DNA of 64,000 nt from Macrostomum lignano (taxonomy: Eukaryota), in assembly GCA_002269645.1 (NCBI GenBank), contig NIVC01001691.1, positions 1-64,000 on the forward strand. The letters are read 5' to 3'. Numbering within the stretch: the first letter of the stretch is position 1; every line of letters starts with the position of its first letter. Positions 48,101-62,452 of this stretch are shown piece after piece. Position numbers and translations under genes: made by a program. Below the pieces are notes generated by a model. The model searched no databases and was not told the DNA's origin. It was given only the letters and a program-made list of their open reading frames with translations.

Positions 48101-49264
48101 TACTAGGTAAAATATACAATCAGGTTGCACATCGCAAATGAAAATTGAAAACGGCAGCCCGCAGCTCATACAAAAACTCATGCATACCCATATTGTCTGG
48201 TAAACTGTGCACTAAGAGCAGACCATCTTAGGCAAAAAGAATACCAAAGATAAAGTCAGTTGTTTTTTTAGATTTTGTAATTTTTATATTATTTTTTTAA
48301 TCAACGCAGTCACATGTTTTAGTCTATTTATATTTGTATTCAAGTGTGTGTGAGTACTTTGTGCAATTGCAGTCGAACTTTTATATATTATTCCCGGTAT
48401 TAGTAGTAATAATAATATATAAATATATTATACGATAACTTTTTGAGTGAATGAACACGACAGTTTCACAAAAACAAAACTTAGAATAGAGGATTCTGAA
48501 CAGCAGAATTCATAATTATTCAACAATGTTTTGGGGGTGATGAAGAGTCTTCTTGTCCCTCGTAATATGAAAGGTGCACAGAATTAGCAAAATATGCAGC
48601 GCAAAAGAAGACACTCACAAAGAAACAAACAAAAAGTATTGAAAGCAAAAGGAAATATGTCAGTGGCGGAAATAATTCACGCAAAGGTGCAGCAGAACTC
48701 TGCAGGTGCTTCAGTGGCTCCTCCTGGATTGCAGTTACAATGGAGCCTGGGGCTGCACATGAAGTATCCGGTGAAAAAAAGCAAAACAAAAAAGCAAAAC
48801 GAAAAAAGATTAATTTATGTAGAAATACATTTAGAGACAGCTATGCATAGAGCTTCAAGCGGACCTGCGCGGGCTTTCTAACATAAGTTGGTCAATAAAT
48901 TGTCGCGAGGTCACCGCGAGCATCTGTTGCACTTGAGGGAGCAATTTCAATTTTTTGCCCATAAAAACTGATCAGTTCTTCCATAATTCTCTGCATGTTT
49001 TTATTGATATCACCCACTATCAGCGCTACTCTATAAGCTGAGTCTTTGCCCAGCTGGGTCCCATTGATTGCATAGAAGCTCTTTGTTCGCTCTCCATCCA
49101 CCCGCGGGAGCTGTCAGCAGAGAGAAACTTAATGAGACTTTATGCGGCCGCGTGAACATGAGGGGGGGGGGACTCATTGGGGCTGGCTACTCGCGCATGA
49201 ATTCCAGCTTGGCTACAGTACATCTTATATACGCAGTTTCCAATGGATTGATTCAAGCCCATGC

Positions 49265-49386
49265 CTAAGCCATGGCTTCCATTGTTGTTGAACCGGCCAT
49301 CGTCTCGGCGATGTTGCCAGCTGCTGCGGATTGGGCACCGCCTGAGCTGTCGCTTCTGCTTAGAATGCTGTCTACGGAGTATGACA

Positions 49387-49422
<36 letters not shown>

Positions 49423-49692
49423 TGCTGACCGTCGAGGAGGCGGGGATCAGTTGCATTGGCGACGGGCTGCGAGTGTCAAGGGAGCCGGCGGCAGCCACGG
49501 CAGTGGCAGCTGCGGCGGGACAGGCGTGCTGAGTCTCCGTGTGCCTGCGCAGGTCCACCTTGCGCTGGAAGCTGCGACCGCACTGGTTGCAGGTGAACGG
49601 CTTGTAGCCGGTGTGCTTCCGGCTGTGCGTGATCAGATTGGACGACTGGCTGAAGGCCTTGCCGCACTGCACGCATTTGTAGGGCTTCTCAC
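49265..49692 (-). CDS. GFI1: Gfi1/senseless-family C2H2 transcription factor, terminal exon (ZF5-6)
   Basis: [56 protein letters not shown]; acceptor TTTTCTCAG. Confidence 0.93.
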
Positions 49693-50930
49693 CTGAGAAA
49701 AGTAAGAGACGGAGCATCATCTTATAGATTTTGAACCGGGTAAGGTGTACTTTCACAAAATTTTCCTGTCTGCGATTTTAATATCATGGGAATGAATTTT
49801 TATACTGAAATCGGACTAAAAACTCTTCAGTGAAAAAAATCTGGGATCATGCAACCGGGGAAAGCCTGTTGATTCTCCCAACTCTCCATTTGTTTGCTGG
49901 TGTGATGATGCCTCAATGAGGGAGGAATCAGAGCCGCTGGAGCAGCAGCGGGTGGGGATCAGGGAAGAGACGGACGGGTCTCGCGCGGTCTCCCTAATTG
50001 ACGGGGAGGAGGGGGGGATTTTTCGAGTGCTTTCACGCCGCTAGATTTTCATGCATCTATATATTTATATCAATCGGGATTTGTGTGCAGGATTTATAAA
50101 AATGGGAAGTGCCTTTCACTATAATTCTGAGACACACATGTGCTTCTGCTTGGTCAGGCTGGGGGGGGGGGGCTAGGGTGAGACTGGTAGGTCAGATGAA
50201 GTGTGTGCACAGAGTATGCGGGCCCCATAAAGCATAGTGATGTTTGATATATATAGAAATATCTAGCTAAGCGATGCAACTAAATGCATGCATTCATGTA
50301 AGAGACAGATGCGTATAGGGTTACAATGGGGGCCAAGCATTTATAGGTGTGATGTGTTGGCGCTTGTCCGCACGCCGTGGTCGTGTGCAACTCGTAGCAT
50401 TAGACAGCTATGCTTAGACAGAGGCGAGACAGAGATGGAGAAGAATCGGTGGGCGTGGAAGCTGAGGAGGAGCTAAACCGCATGGCGGTCACAGGTTAAG
50501 GAGGCAATCAGCGAGACCCGGAGGACCGTGGTCGAGTTTCAATGCGGGTCGCGGAGAGAATTTGGAGGCGTAAAGCTAATTAATTGCACGTCTACGCTTT
50601 GGTAGGCGTAGCGGAAATCAGACGGTTTTCAGAGTAGCTGAATCGGGGTTCTTCGGTCGCCCCCTGCCCCTATCAGAGCTATAAATAGCGACCTCCATAC
50701 TCCTGCACGCGGTGCTCGGGAGTGACACGTGGTTTTTGATCGCTGATGCTGGGCAATTTAGGGTTTTTAGACGATGACGGTGTAAAAAAATCGTTTTAGG
50801 TGTTGGGCCGCGGGCACCTGGCTTACGGGGCAGACTTGATTCTTCGAACCAAGGCCTATAGCTCAGCATACATGTATTTAGCGCAATTTCAACGTGCAAC
50901 AATTGACGGCTCATTGGGAACTGTTCTCAC

Positions 50931-51193
50931 CTGTGTGAATATAGGTGTGCTTCTTCATGTCCGACTTCTGGTGGAAGCGCTTGCCGCAGTACTGGCATGG
51001 GTAGGGCCGGGTGTCGCTGTGGATGAGCAGGTGGGTGCTCAGCGTGCTGGACCGCTTGAACGTCTTGCCGCACTCTTTGCACTCGAACACTTTCTCCTGC
51101 GAGTGCACGGCCCGATGCTGCGACAGCGAGATCGAATGGCCGAACGTCTTCTGGCAGACTTCGCACTCGTAGGGCCTCTTGCCGGAGTGAGAC
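50931..51193 (-). CDS. GFI1: Gfi1/senseless exon (ZF2-4)
   Basis: [60 protein letters not shown]; canonical splice sites, phases consistent. Confidence 0.95.
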
Positions 51194-51299
51194 CTGGAGT
51201 GAAACAAAACCATTTTATAGGGGACTTTTAAATCTTGACCTTAATTGTCTTCAATAATGACAGAAACTTTAGAACCAGTTTCGGCTTCTCAGCACTGAC

Positions 51300-51945
51300 C
51301 GTCTAACGTGAACCTCCAGTCCGTGCGGCGTTGAAAACAGCTTGCTGCACTTGACGCACTGGAAGTTGCCGACACCGCCGCCGTTGGTTGACGCGCAGCT
51401 GCTCAGACTGTCCTCGTTGCTGTTCTCATGGTCCTTGTGATCGGCCGGGCTGAGCGAGTCCGTCTCCCTGGAGGCCAAGATCGAGGGCGAATGTCGGTGA
51501 TGATCGCAGAATGCGGCCATGCCAGCCGCCTGCTGATGCCTGGGGAAGGCGGCGGCTGCTGCTGACGATGACGATGGCCGATGCGGCGGCGGCGGAAGAG
51601 GCGGCGGCAGCGGCCCAGCCGACGGCAACGGCATTGAGCCAGCCGGAGTCGGGAACCAGCTGAAGCTGGGATGCTGGGCGGCAGTCATCCGCTGCTGACT
51701 CTGCTGATGGTGTTGATGATGATGATTGTTGCCGCTGTGCTGCAGCATCGACAGGTGCGTCGGCAGAGCTGGTGGCGCGGGCGGCGGAGGTGGCGGAGGC
51801 GGCGCGCCGCCAGCCGCAGCCAGGCTGGCGACTCCGAGCATGTGCCGCAGAGCCGCCTGGTACTCCAGCAGGCCGCGCATCTGCTGAGCCGCAGCGTCCT
51901 GCAGCTCGGCGGCAGCTGATGACGTCACGGGAGGTAGCGGTGGAG
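51300..51945 (-). CDS. GFI1: Gfi1/senseless exon (Pro/His/Ala-rich region plus ZF1)
   Basis: [22 protein letters not shown]; CTAAC branch point plus CGCAG acceptor; CG|GTCAGT donor. Confidence 0.9.
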
Positions 51946-53787
51946 CTGCGGGTTAGGGGGGGGAGGTTAAATGTTGACTATAAGAATGCTGTATAGCAGT
52001 CGCAATCGGTTAATTAGGTAGGCAGCGCAGTGTTTGGCGACACACACACAAAAAATCGGTTTAGAAAATCATTCGGAGACATCTCCATGTATCTGAGTTT
52101 CTTCAATTAGCCGGGCGCGGCACCCAGCAGCGGTGCTCAGGCGCCGCCGATCTCTGTGTGTCCTCAATCTCTAAGGCGAGGGGCCCGCATATTCCATATA
52201 TATATAGATATAAATATAGCCGCATGCTCCCAGTCTTTGAAATCGGAGATTCCCAATTGAACCTGCATGCTGCGCCACGGTCGGGTTGCTCTTTGGCAGA
52301 TCGAAAGATCGCCGACTTAAAGACCTCTCGGAGGGGAGCCCGCATGTGGGAGGTGGGGTGGACAGGATTCGATAGAAAAAATCGGTGAACAGCATCATGG
52401 GGTATTAAGCTGGCATGCATCGAAAAACACAAACTGTTGCCTTGATAAAATAGCCGCTATAATGTGCCGCAAGCAACCCACCCCCCGCGGTGCCGCAATG
52501 CCGCCTCGTTTGAGTTGCTTCTTCATTCGCGCCACCCGCTGTCGGCCTTCCCCAATTTCGTTTCTTCCCAGATTTTAATCGGGGATCTTAGTCTTAAACT
52601 CATTAAACCCGAGTCGGTGCACTGACAGTTTAACAAATTTATCATTGGAAGACTGAAGAAGCTTTATTTTAGCGAATTTTTTTAAGAACCAAAGCGTGGA
52701 GATTTAGCGAATTGAGCGGACGTGCATCTCTTTTTGTTATTATTGTATAGTTACGGTTGCTATGCCAACGGTACTTCCATCTATATTTCCAACTGGGAGC
52801 AGGCATGAGGGGAGAATTATTACAAAACTATGAATTGCGGTAGAAAAATTGTTTGCAAAGCAAAAACTAACTTAACACACAGGGCGCACACGCAGTTCTT
52901 GAAGTGGCGAATTTTGCCCAGCAACAGCAGCTAGGGCTTGGGGGGGGGGGAGATTTGCGTCATTTCATTTCATTCCCTATCAAAGCTCGCAACCTCGAAA
53001 AATCCCAAGCTGGCTGCATCGATTGCTGCTTTTTTCGAAATTTTGAACCTGCAGTTCGGTTGGTTGGCTATGGCAACACCTCCCCTGCTCGCTACAATCG
53101 AATCTTCAACTCCTTCAATTTCGCTGTTGAGTGACGATACAACCAGCTGCATATTGCTGCGGAAAACTCAATCTAAGAAAGCTCTCTACACAGCACAGAA
53201 ATTGTTGTAAATGCTGTTTAAAACCATGCGGGGAAAATTGAAATGGCATCATGGTTGGGATCGGCTGGGAAGTCAAGTGTGTCTGTATGTTGGGCCTGTG
53301 CGATCCCCAGGTTCTTGTTAACCTTGGCTATATATTCTTGGTGGGCCACTTTTTTGTTCAGGACTTCAGGACCTCGGGGGGCAGGACAGGCAAAACAATC
53401 AAGAAATTTGCCCACATTATTGAAGGGATAATAAATTTGATTACGCCGAAAACAATCCTAATCGGTCTCCGCCCCCCGTCCAACCATGCTGCAGAGAAAA
53501 GGATCCCATATTATAGGGTGCATTTCAGGACAAAGTTTTGTGTATATACGATTCCTACACAGAGCGCCAACCTTCATTCGGGGTGTGTGTATACATAAAC
53601 AATTTCTAAGATAGAAGCTTTTTTGCAATTGCGCATCTTTTGCTTCAATTTGGTAAAACGATTTACTTTGAAACAAAACTGCAGTATATTAAAGAGAATA
53701 CTGACGCCCCGTCTTTCACGTTTCATGTCCCCGTATGTTTGTTTCATGTTTTCATGTCTTCTATATGAAATTCGTAGAAATGCTCAC

Positions 53788-54153
53788 CGATTCCATTGGG
53801 CTTGCCGTGACCTGCAGCTGCAGTGCCGCCGAACAGGGCGGCGGCGGCGGCGGCCGCGGCGGCATAGTTCGGCCAGCAGAACCAGGGAGCCGGCAGGCCC
53901 GGTAGTGTCGGCAGCGAGACAGCGGAGGAGTTGCCGCTGGACACCGGCTTGCAGTGCGGCGGAGTCGTCTGCTGCTGCTGCTGCTGAGACTGAGAAGTGT
54001 TTGTGGTCGCTGCGGCGGCCGCGGCGGCTGCTGCTGCGGCGGCTGCGGCAGCTGCGGCAGCCGGGAACGGCATTGGCGGTAGCGGCATCGACATCGGCTG
54101 GTGCCCTGAGGCGGCCGAAGACTCCTGCCCTGGAGTCGCTGTCGGTGGCTCGC
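53788..54153 (-). CDS. GFI1: Gfi1/senseless exon 2 (poly-Ala/poly-Gln); donor after 53788 or 53812
   Basis: TTGACAG acceptor; two phase-1 donors (GTGAGC, GTCACG), both compatible with the next exon. Confidence 0.7.
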
Positions 54154-54736
54154 CTGTCAAATGTTTTTAAAGAGACAAAAGTTTTCTTGCATATCTTGTT
54201 TCTATACAGGCACGGGGAACTGCATTTTTATGACCACCTGGAGCCTTCCATATTTATGGCATCGAAGTTTTTATACAAAACATTAATGAGTTGAACATTT
54301 TATAAGTTGGCACGGGACGGGCACGATGGCTTTTGAGAAACTGCCATGCGTGCTGCTGAGCAACTTCATCAGTTGAAACTTGTAAATTAACTAGATTAAC
54401 TACACATAGACTCTAAAAATGCTCATGCCCTCCATAGCTATTCCGCCTATCAATAACTTCCCCCCTGCAATTTTTCCGACGTTTCAAAAAAGAAGCAAAC
54501 GATTCCTAGGAGAGGCACTCCTTTAACGAGTATTGAGTCGGCTTTAGCAGCTGTTCAATGGGGATTCTTCTCAAATCCTACAGTCAAGTCTAATATTCGC
54601 CTGTCTGACTGCCTGGCAACGTAAAAAAATCTGCACACACTTGCGGAATCTTAAGCCCCCCCCTCTCCCTGATTCGGCAACTACTGAGCTTCTATATATC
54701 GAAGACATCGAAAGTTATATGGGGCTAGATACTCAC

Positions 54737-54824
54737 CTTTGATCCTCTTATCGTTGACTGTCAGCTGGAGGGGCTGCTGTTGCTGCTGCTGTTGCAGATT
54801 CTGCCGATTGCTTGGGCTGTTCAT
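54737..54824 (-). CDS. GFI1: Gfi1/senseless probable first coding exon (MNSPSNRQNLQQQQQQQPLQLTVNDKRIK)
   Basis: ATG at 54824 with an in-frame TGA two codons upstream; AAAG|GTGAGT phase-1 donor matches the next exon. Confidence 0.65.
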
Positions 54825-55229
54825 AACTCAAGTCTTCAGCTATAATATAGAATTTGAAGAGTCAAGTGTGAAGTGTGGCCTTGTCCGCACAAGGGGGAGC
54901 TGCCTTACTCAACTGGGGCTCGGGCTCGGGTTCGAGAACGGAGAAGAGAAAATACTTCGTCGCTGCTGGATCCTCAGAAGACTTCTTTTAGCAGCAGGAG
55001 AGACAGAGAGTAGCACTGCGGGAGTTGCACAAGCTCGGAGAAATAAGATTTGCTGTATATATATGCATGGGAGGTGACAATCAAGTTAGGCCAAACTTAT
55101 AAAATTTTGGTTGCAAGGAGGACCCTCCCAACCCCGACAGCCCCCCACCCCAGCCCGCCTCTCGGATTGAGAGAGCGAGTGAGGGGCAGAGCGAGGGCCG
55201 CCGACCCCCCCCCCCCCTCACCACCCCCC

Positions 55230-55390
55230 AACCAGTGCGTGGCCGCAATCCGACCAATCAGATCGGGGACTCCGGCACGGATTGGACCGGGGGCTCCGGG
55301 AGATTCCCCGGGCCCTGTCTAGAGGATGTGGGAAGCATTTTCTCCTCCGAGAATCCAAACTTGCCCCCCGATTGGTTGGGAAGAAGAAGC
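55230..55390. promoter_or_regulatory. Candidate GC-rich, CCAAT-box promoter region upstream of Gfi1
   Basis: CCAATC at ~55253, GATTGG at ~55279 and ~55370, within a G/C-rich island upstream of the first coding exon. Confidence 0.3.
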
Positions 55391-57300
55391 AAGAGGGAGG
55401 GGAGCTCAGGGAAGGCCAAATGCAGTGCGTATTAATTCTTCCCAAGCTAATATTGGAGTGGGAGTCCAAGAGCCTGCAACCAAACTGGGACCGACCGAAT
55501 CTCAATGCTCCCTCACAGACAGTGTTGGTGTTTGTTCAGCCAGTTTAAGCTGAGCACAAGATGAAGAGAGAGTGTCAGTCGGTTCAGGATTGAGGAAGCT
55601 GAAAATATGCGACGAAGGGGCCAGAAAGAATCGATATTATGCTCCCCGCAGCGCCTCATGAACTTACATAATAGTCGAAGTATATGAATACAATATATAG
55701 GCTCGTACACGCATATATAAGAACACTTAACGGATTGCAATGCTTGCATGGGGCTGTATTGCGCAATGAGACTCTTTGCCCTGGTACACAATGCTAGCGA
55801 CTCTGTGTCTGTCTGTGTGCACGGATCAGGAACTTGTGTCGGTCGAGACATCAAAGCAATATTTATTATTTATTATTAAACGGACACAAACGGTGCCAAT
55901 ACGCTGTGGTTCTATAGCCGTGCAAAGTTGAAACATCAAAGAATCTGCCGCTATTGCATACTACTTTGACCTATAATGTAACGGGAGCATTGTGTGTATG
56001 CTATATGGATTCCATACTAGATTAGGTGTTAAGAGCTTTGAGGGATTAGAAGATTGAACGACTTATCCTATATTTCGAATGAGCATCAATACTTTGTCTC
56101 TTTTATCACTATTTTCACCTCATTTTCAGTAATTTAACTGTAGAACACGCGGAGCATACTCAAATGCCACTATAATTACCGTATACACTTTATGCGTAGT
56201 GATATATAGGTTTTGGACAAAAGGTATTAAAGTCAAAAAGTCACGCCACGAAAGACTGAGAGAGAATTTTAGGGAGCAAAGCGTTGGTTGTGATGATGAC
56301 TCAAAAAGGTGTCAAACTAAAAAAGGGAAGAAAACTATGTTATGTTTTGAGAAGCTACATAATAAGTTGAGCAATGAACAACTGTGACGACCATGCAGTT
56401 GAGATAGCACATTCGGGCTGAATAATCTTAAATGATTTAGAATCCCCATTATTAGGCAAGCAAAACAGCACCTTGGCACATAAAGCATGCAGCTAGCGCA
56501 TTCGCCTTGAAATGCTCCATTCGGTCAAATATTTGCTCTGATATAGCTCAACTGCTCACTGGAACCCGAACTGACGACCAACACCCACTGAATCAGATTC
56601 AAAGCATTTGCGGGGCGTCTTCTCAGTCCTATACGATCGAAGCTTCTCTATAAAAATCTCAGACTCTGCTGAGCATCGAAGTTTGTATTTGAGAAGAGCA
56701 GCATGTTTGCCCAACACCTACTTCTCTAACACTTCTCTAACACTTCTCTGTCGTTCTTCTGCCGTATACAGGGTCTCAGTGTCCCCATGCATTACTGACT
56801 CGCTGAATTTAGCATGACATTGCAGTACATGAGCGAGGTGAAAGTGCAATTCCGCACATCCAGTTTCAAGTGCAATATGAATAATGAATGGTAATTAACT
56901 ATAATCTTGATGGAATGATAGTTGCACCCTTTTATCACAATCTTCTATAAACTGAATTGGTATGGCACAGGTCTATCGAAAGAAAGGTGCTGTTGTCACC
57001 TGTCTCTTGAGTTTTTAGCATTTCTTGGATCTGCAGCACAATGCAGCGAGTTGGTAGCTATGCGATAAGCAGCAAACTAATTACTATACAGGTAACTTCA
57101 GCTCAATTAGCTATATTGAGGTAATTGTGATAATATTGTAGCAAACAGTAAGTGCTGGTCAGTGCAGTCACGGACTGCTCAGGTCAGTGAGTATTGCTAT
57201 TTTGCTCATCGTTGACAACAGGAATGTGCAAAAAACTGACAAAAATTCAATGCCATGGCATATTAGCAGCTAATTGACGTCTGTCAAGCATTTGGAAGTG

Positions 57301-57943
<643 letters not shown>

Positions 57944-58719
57944 GCACACAGATAATTTATGGCAGCGGGCCGCCTACTATCAGTAGGCTGTCAGTCAAAA
58001 GGCTCCCTAATTGTGCGCAGTGAAGCGTAAAAATCGGCGGCAAAGAACAAAAGGCAGTGAAGCCTTTAAATCGAATTTGCAGACTTATAGACTGCTAAAC
58101 GTCGCCCAGTATTCATCAACGGCTGCGACTCGGCGATGAAAGAGCTCAGGAAAAAAACTGGTTGCTGGCTGGAAAGCAACTGCAAGCTACTTTGCCTTTG
58201 CCGGCTTTTGTCGCGCCTTCCACCTGACAAATTATTGTAAGCCGCTAATTTAGTGTAGCGGTATGGGGGGAGAATTTCCCACTCTAACAGGCGCGGCCTG
58301 ATCGATGATGGCCCTTTTGTCTCACCGGAGAATTTGAGACGCCGCCAAACAAAGAAGTGTCAGGTGGTTACTCTCTCTCTCTCTCTCTGAGGAAATTTAC
58401 GCGGATAAAAGCCGTGTCTGATGAGGAAAGAAGAAGGAGACCAAGAGCCAGAATCTGGAGTAGCGCCAGTTCTTTCTAAATGACTTTCGTTTTAACTAAT
58501 TTTTGTCACATTTTTAAGCAGGGGCAGATCTAGAATTTTTCCTGGGAGAGGCGGGGGGTCAGCTGACCCCCTTGACCCCATCAGGTTCGGCCACGTCATT
58601 GAGTTAAGTTCTTCTCTCTCTCTCTCCCTCCCTCCAGCTTAGTGAGATGGAAAACAGTTAAATTTCCAGAGAGGACATGACGCCCCCCTTGATCTTTTAA
58701 GGGGAGTCAGCTGACCCCC

Positions 58720-59070
58720 CTTGACCCCCTCTTGATGAGATGTGAGATCCAGATGAGACAGGAAAGAAGAGGGAGTAGAAGCGATAGGAGGTGAGAAGAG
58801 AGACAATGATTGGAGAGAGGAGAAAAGAGAGAAGAGACACAAAGCTTGAGTGGGATGAAAGATGAGATGGGATGAGAGATAAGAGACGAGATCAGAGATG
58901 GGATTAGAGTAAATATGAGAGGAGAGACACGACCCTTGACCGGGATAAGAGATGAGGTGGGATGAGATGCATGATGAGAAGAGATGCAAGATGAGATCAG
59001 AGAGAGATAGGGTGAGAGAAGACATGAGAAGAGATCCAAGATGAGATCAGAAATAGGATGAGAGATACGA
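58720..59070. repeat. Degenerate GAGAT-rich low-complexity tract
   Basis: Direct inspection. Confidence 0.7.
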
Positions 59071-59699
59071 GTAAGTAGATGAGAGAAAACGGAACATAAG
59101 TAAAATATGTACTTTAGTCAGACTGCAAGCTGTCTGAAATTGTGTGAGGAGTTGGCAAGCCAGGCTCCGGTTCTCAGACCTCCTTGAATGAACACAATAT
59201 AGCAGCGTTACCTGAAGCGGAATGCAATTCATGCGCAAATATATTTATAATATATAACTGCCTATTCTGCCTTCCGTGTAGCTCGTAGGCCTAAAATAGG
59301 ATGAAGCCCGCCGGCCCCCTCGCCTTGGAGACAAAAAATGATCTGCGGTCGCCTCCCCCCCCCAGGCGTTGGAAACTGGGGGCTGAAAAAACTCGTATCA
59401 AGAAATGATTGAGAAGGTTAAAGCAGGGTTGGATAGAAGCGGAGCTCCCATATTTTCTTAGCCGAAATTTTGCAGGCAACAAGATGAGCAAATAAGTGCT
59501 TGCTTTTTGGCTTCCCGCATGACTTTTTAAAGAAGATTGTTTTCTTGTTATTGGGCTTCTCAATGACATCGTTCAAGAGCGACCCTGCATGATACCTGTT
59601 GGTTTCTAATGAGCTTTCAATCCACATGCGGTCTGGCCAGCAAGTATTGGCAGTGAATGAATCAATGTATTTTTTTGTAATGTTCAAGAATGGGTCTAT

Positions 59700-59880
59700 C
59701 AATGAGTTCACGAGAGAGTTCATGAGTGAGTTCATGAGTGAGTTGATGAGTGAGTTCATGAGTGAGTTCATGAATGAGTTCATGAATGAGTTCATGAGTG
59801 AGTTCATGGGTGAGTTCATGAGTGAGTTCGTGAGTGAGTTCATGAGTGAGTTCATGAGTGAGTTCATGAGTGAGTTCATA
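59700..59880. repeat. 12-bp minisatellite (GAGTTCATGAGT)
   Basis: About 15 units. Confidence 0.9.
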
Positions 59881-61326
59881 GGTGATTGATTGCTGGGTGA
59901 CTGAAAGACACAATATAATCAGACAGTTCGTATCAGTCCGAATCTTTAGTACAATAGAGTGCCTTCTAGATAAAATCTTTCGTTGAGAATTCATCCAGCA
60001 TCGATCAGGATCCCTAACCAAGATCCCGGACATGGTGTCTTGCTCAGGCATCGGAGGTCGTGAAAGCGTGTCAAGACGGCAGAACACGTATAGGAATGCA
60101 CAGCTTGCTTGAGAAACTGTGAAGACTCCCCAGCCGTAGCTCGCATGGCTTAAGACTGCAGTACCAGGGTAGGAGAAGCTGCATCTCTCGTTCAGGCTTC
60201 ATCAGTCACCAGGCCCTGCGATTCACTGTTGGATGGCAATTGGGAAAACTATAAGAAGCTGCTTTGACTAAGCGCTTAGCTGACAAGTTTTACACAAAAA
60301 GGAAGCTGAGGAGTTGCTGAGAGGAAATCGGGAACGGAGAGGCATCCGGGGTACCCCAGACTCTCCGAACTATCGAAGCGCAACCGGGTTTTTATCGGTT
60401 GGAATCGGTTGGAGATTAGCAGCTAGCGCGCACAGTGGGGGTGCAGCTTCTCTCCATACCTCACCAGTCATGCGAGCCATCTTCATCGCCTCTACCCCCC
60501 TTTTCCCTTGTATCTCCTAGCATTCTGCTCAATAGATACCACAGATATGACTATAAGGACTCCAGCTAAATCCAAGAAACAAAATGCGTTTAAAAAAATT
60601 ACGCGAGACTTCCACTCGGATCCCAATTCCTTCCCTGCTGCTTTGAAACGTTCGCAATTGAGATGATTGTAAATAAGAAGTTTTATAATCTCGTATTGGT
60701 TAAGTATTCGGATCAGCCCATCCGCTTCCATGCGTGCACACGGGCCCAGGCCACGATCTTCATCTCGATGGGGATTCCGCCCCTGATGGAGCTTAGCATC
60801 GGTTGGGATTTTTTTTTACAGGGTCAGTCAGCTGTAGAAAACAGCGGAGCTAAAACCTACGTATACTGGCCTTGGTTGCTGACAATAGTGGTATATTTCA
60901 TATAATTATATCGCGCGCGTGCTATGAGTAGTATAGAGAGATAAAAGGTACACGATGGGCGTGTAGTATAGTAAAATGATAAACATGATATTTGATTTTA
61001 CGGTTGCATGCAACAGTGCGTCTTAATTAATAACAATATTTTCAGAAGGGCTGTGGAGCAACACCTTTGAGGATCCATGGTTCTATACCATCCGCTAATC
61101 ACAGGATCTAATGTACATACACATCGTCAGGATGGTCTTGGCTAATTTTTTGTGTATACAAGCCTCAAATAAGTGTCTTGGCGATTCAACTTATCCGTGA
61201 CAATAGAAATTTGCAAAATTGACAGCTTACAATGCAGTTGTCAGCTCCGGCTAGGTACACAAAATTTACAAAAAATATTGTACGTTTTGTAATTTACTTA
61301 TATAAACCATAAATCACGCAGCTGAT

Positions 61327-61877
61327 AGTAGTATTCGTCGGCTATCAAGAACGTTTTTGTAAAACTGCAATTGGTACAGACAATATGCATGTTTCACATA
61401 GCTTTTGCCAGGCCAGTACCATGTAAGTTAGAATATCAATTTGCCATTAATCATGAAATTGCTCGCAAATGCACATGTGTATGTGCACATCTATACCCGC
61501 TCGTCTCCAAACTTTGTTAACTTTTTCATCTAATTTTTGCTTTTTAAACATTTTTTTCACCGACTTAATCTACGTAGAGATAAGCAGACTATCAGCAGGG
61601 TATAAGCTCTTGCGCCCCGGGGACTGCTGGCATGCAGAACGCCGTCTGAGCAATCAGATGTGCGCATTGCAAGGCGCTGGAATATATTGTAGATCTTTAT
61701 CTTGTACATGCATATACTAGTAGGAACATGTGCATTTGCGAGCAATTTCATGATAAATGGCAAATTGATTTTCTAACTTACATGATCCTGGCCTGGCACA
61801 AGCCGTGTGAAACATGCATATTGTCTGTACCAATTGCAGTTTTTAAAAAACGTTCTTGATAGCCGACAAGTACTACT
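61327..61877. mobile_element. Fold-back/MITE element with ~152-bp TIRs
   Basis: 61327-61478 and 61726-61877 are inverted copies (roughly 90% identical by eye); no convincing TSD. Confidence 0.75.
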
Positions 61878-62452
61878 GTCTATAAGTACTGTATATATAA
61901 GTTCATTACGGTTATATAACAAGCCTTATAGCTATGTAGGCTGTCAATATATCCTGCTGGTAATCCGATCCTGAATAATGCGGTGTGCAGCAGGCAGCAT
62001 GCACAATGAACTTTGACTTTCTGTTTGAGCGAGTTCGTCGCAATCAAGATCCCAGCATTAATACATATACATCTACATGTGTTTATGTGGATCAGGGATC
62101 ATCCCTGGATCATATGGCGTCTTTCAACCACCTAATTAACTATAACCTCAACTAAAACTGTATGTGACAACTGTACGACGCCAAAGCAAACGTTCTGTTA
62201 ACATCGTGAAATTTCTCAACAGTCTTTCTCTAGCTGCAGAACCAAGTTTTTTATCCGAAAGTATTCGAAAAAAAACTCTGCACTACCAAAAAACATGTAG
62301 CTCAGTATTGCAATGCCCACTAGATTGTGCGGAACTAGTAGTGTACGAACTAAGAAGATCAATGGCGGCGGACCAAACGCCCTCTAACAACGGTTACACA
62401 CAGTCCAGACAGTACCAGTGAGAAATTTTCTTATTTTTAAGACTAAGAGTGT

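Noticed and set aside
58519-58590. Short CAGGGGCAGATCT.. element (similar start at ~63700)
   Set aside because: The right TIR is too degenerate and there is no TSD; kept only as context for the palindrome finding.
59900-60200. Possible LINE reverse-transcriptase remnant on the minus strand
   Set aside because: No recognisable RT or endonuclease motif in any frame.
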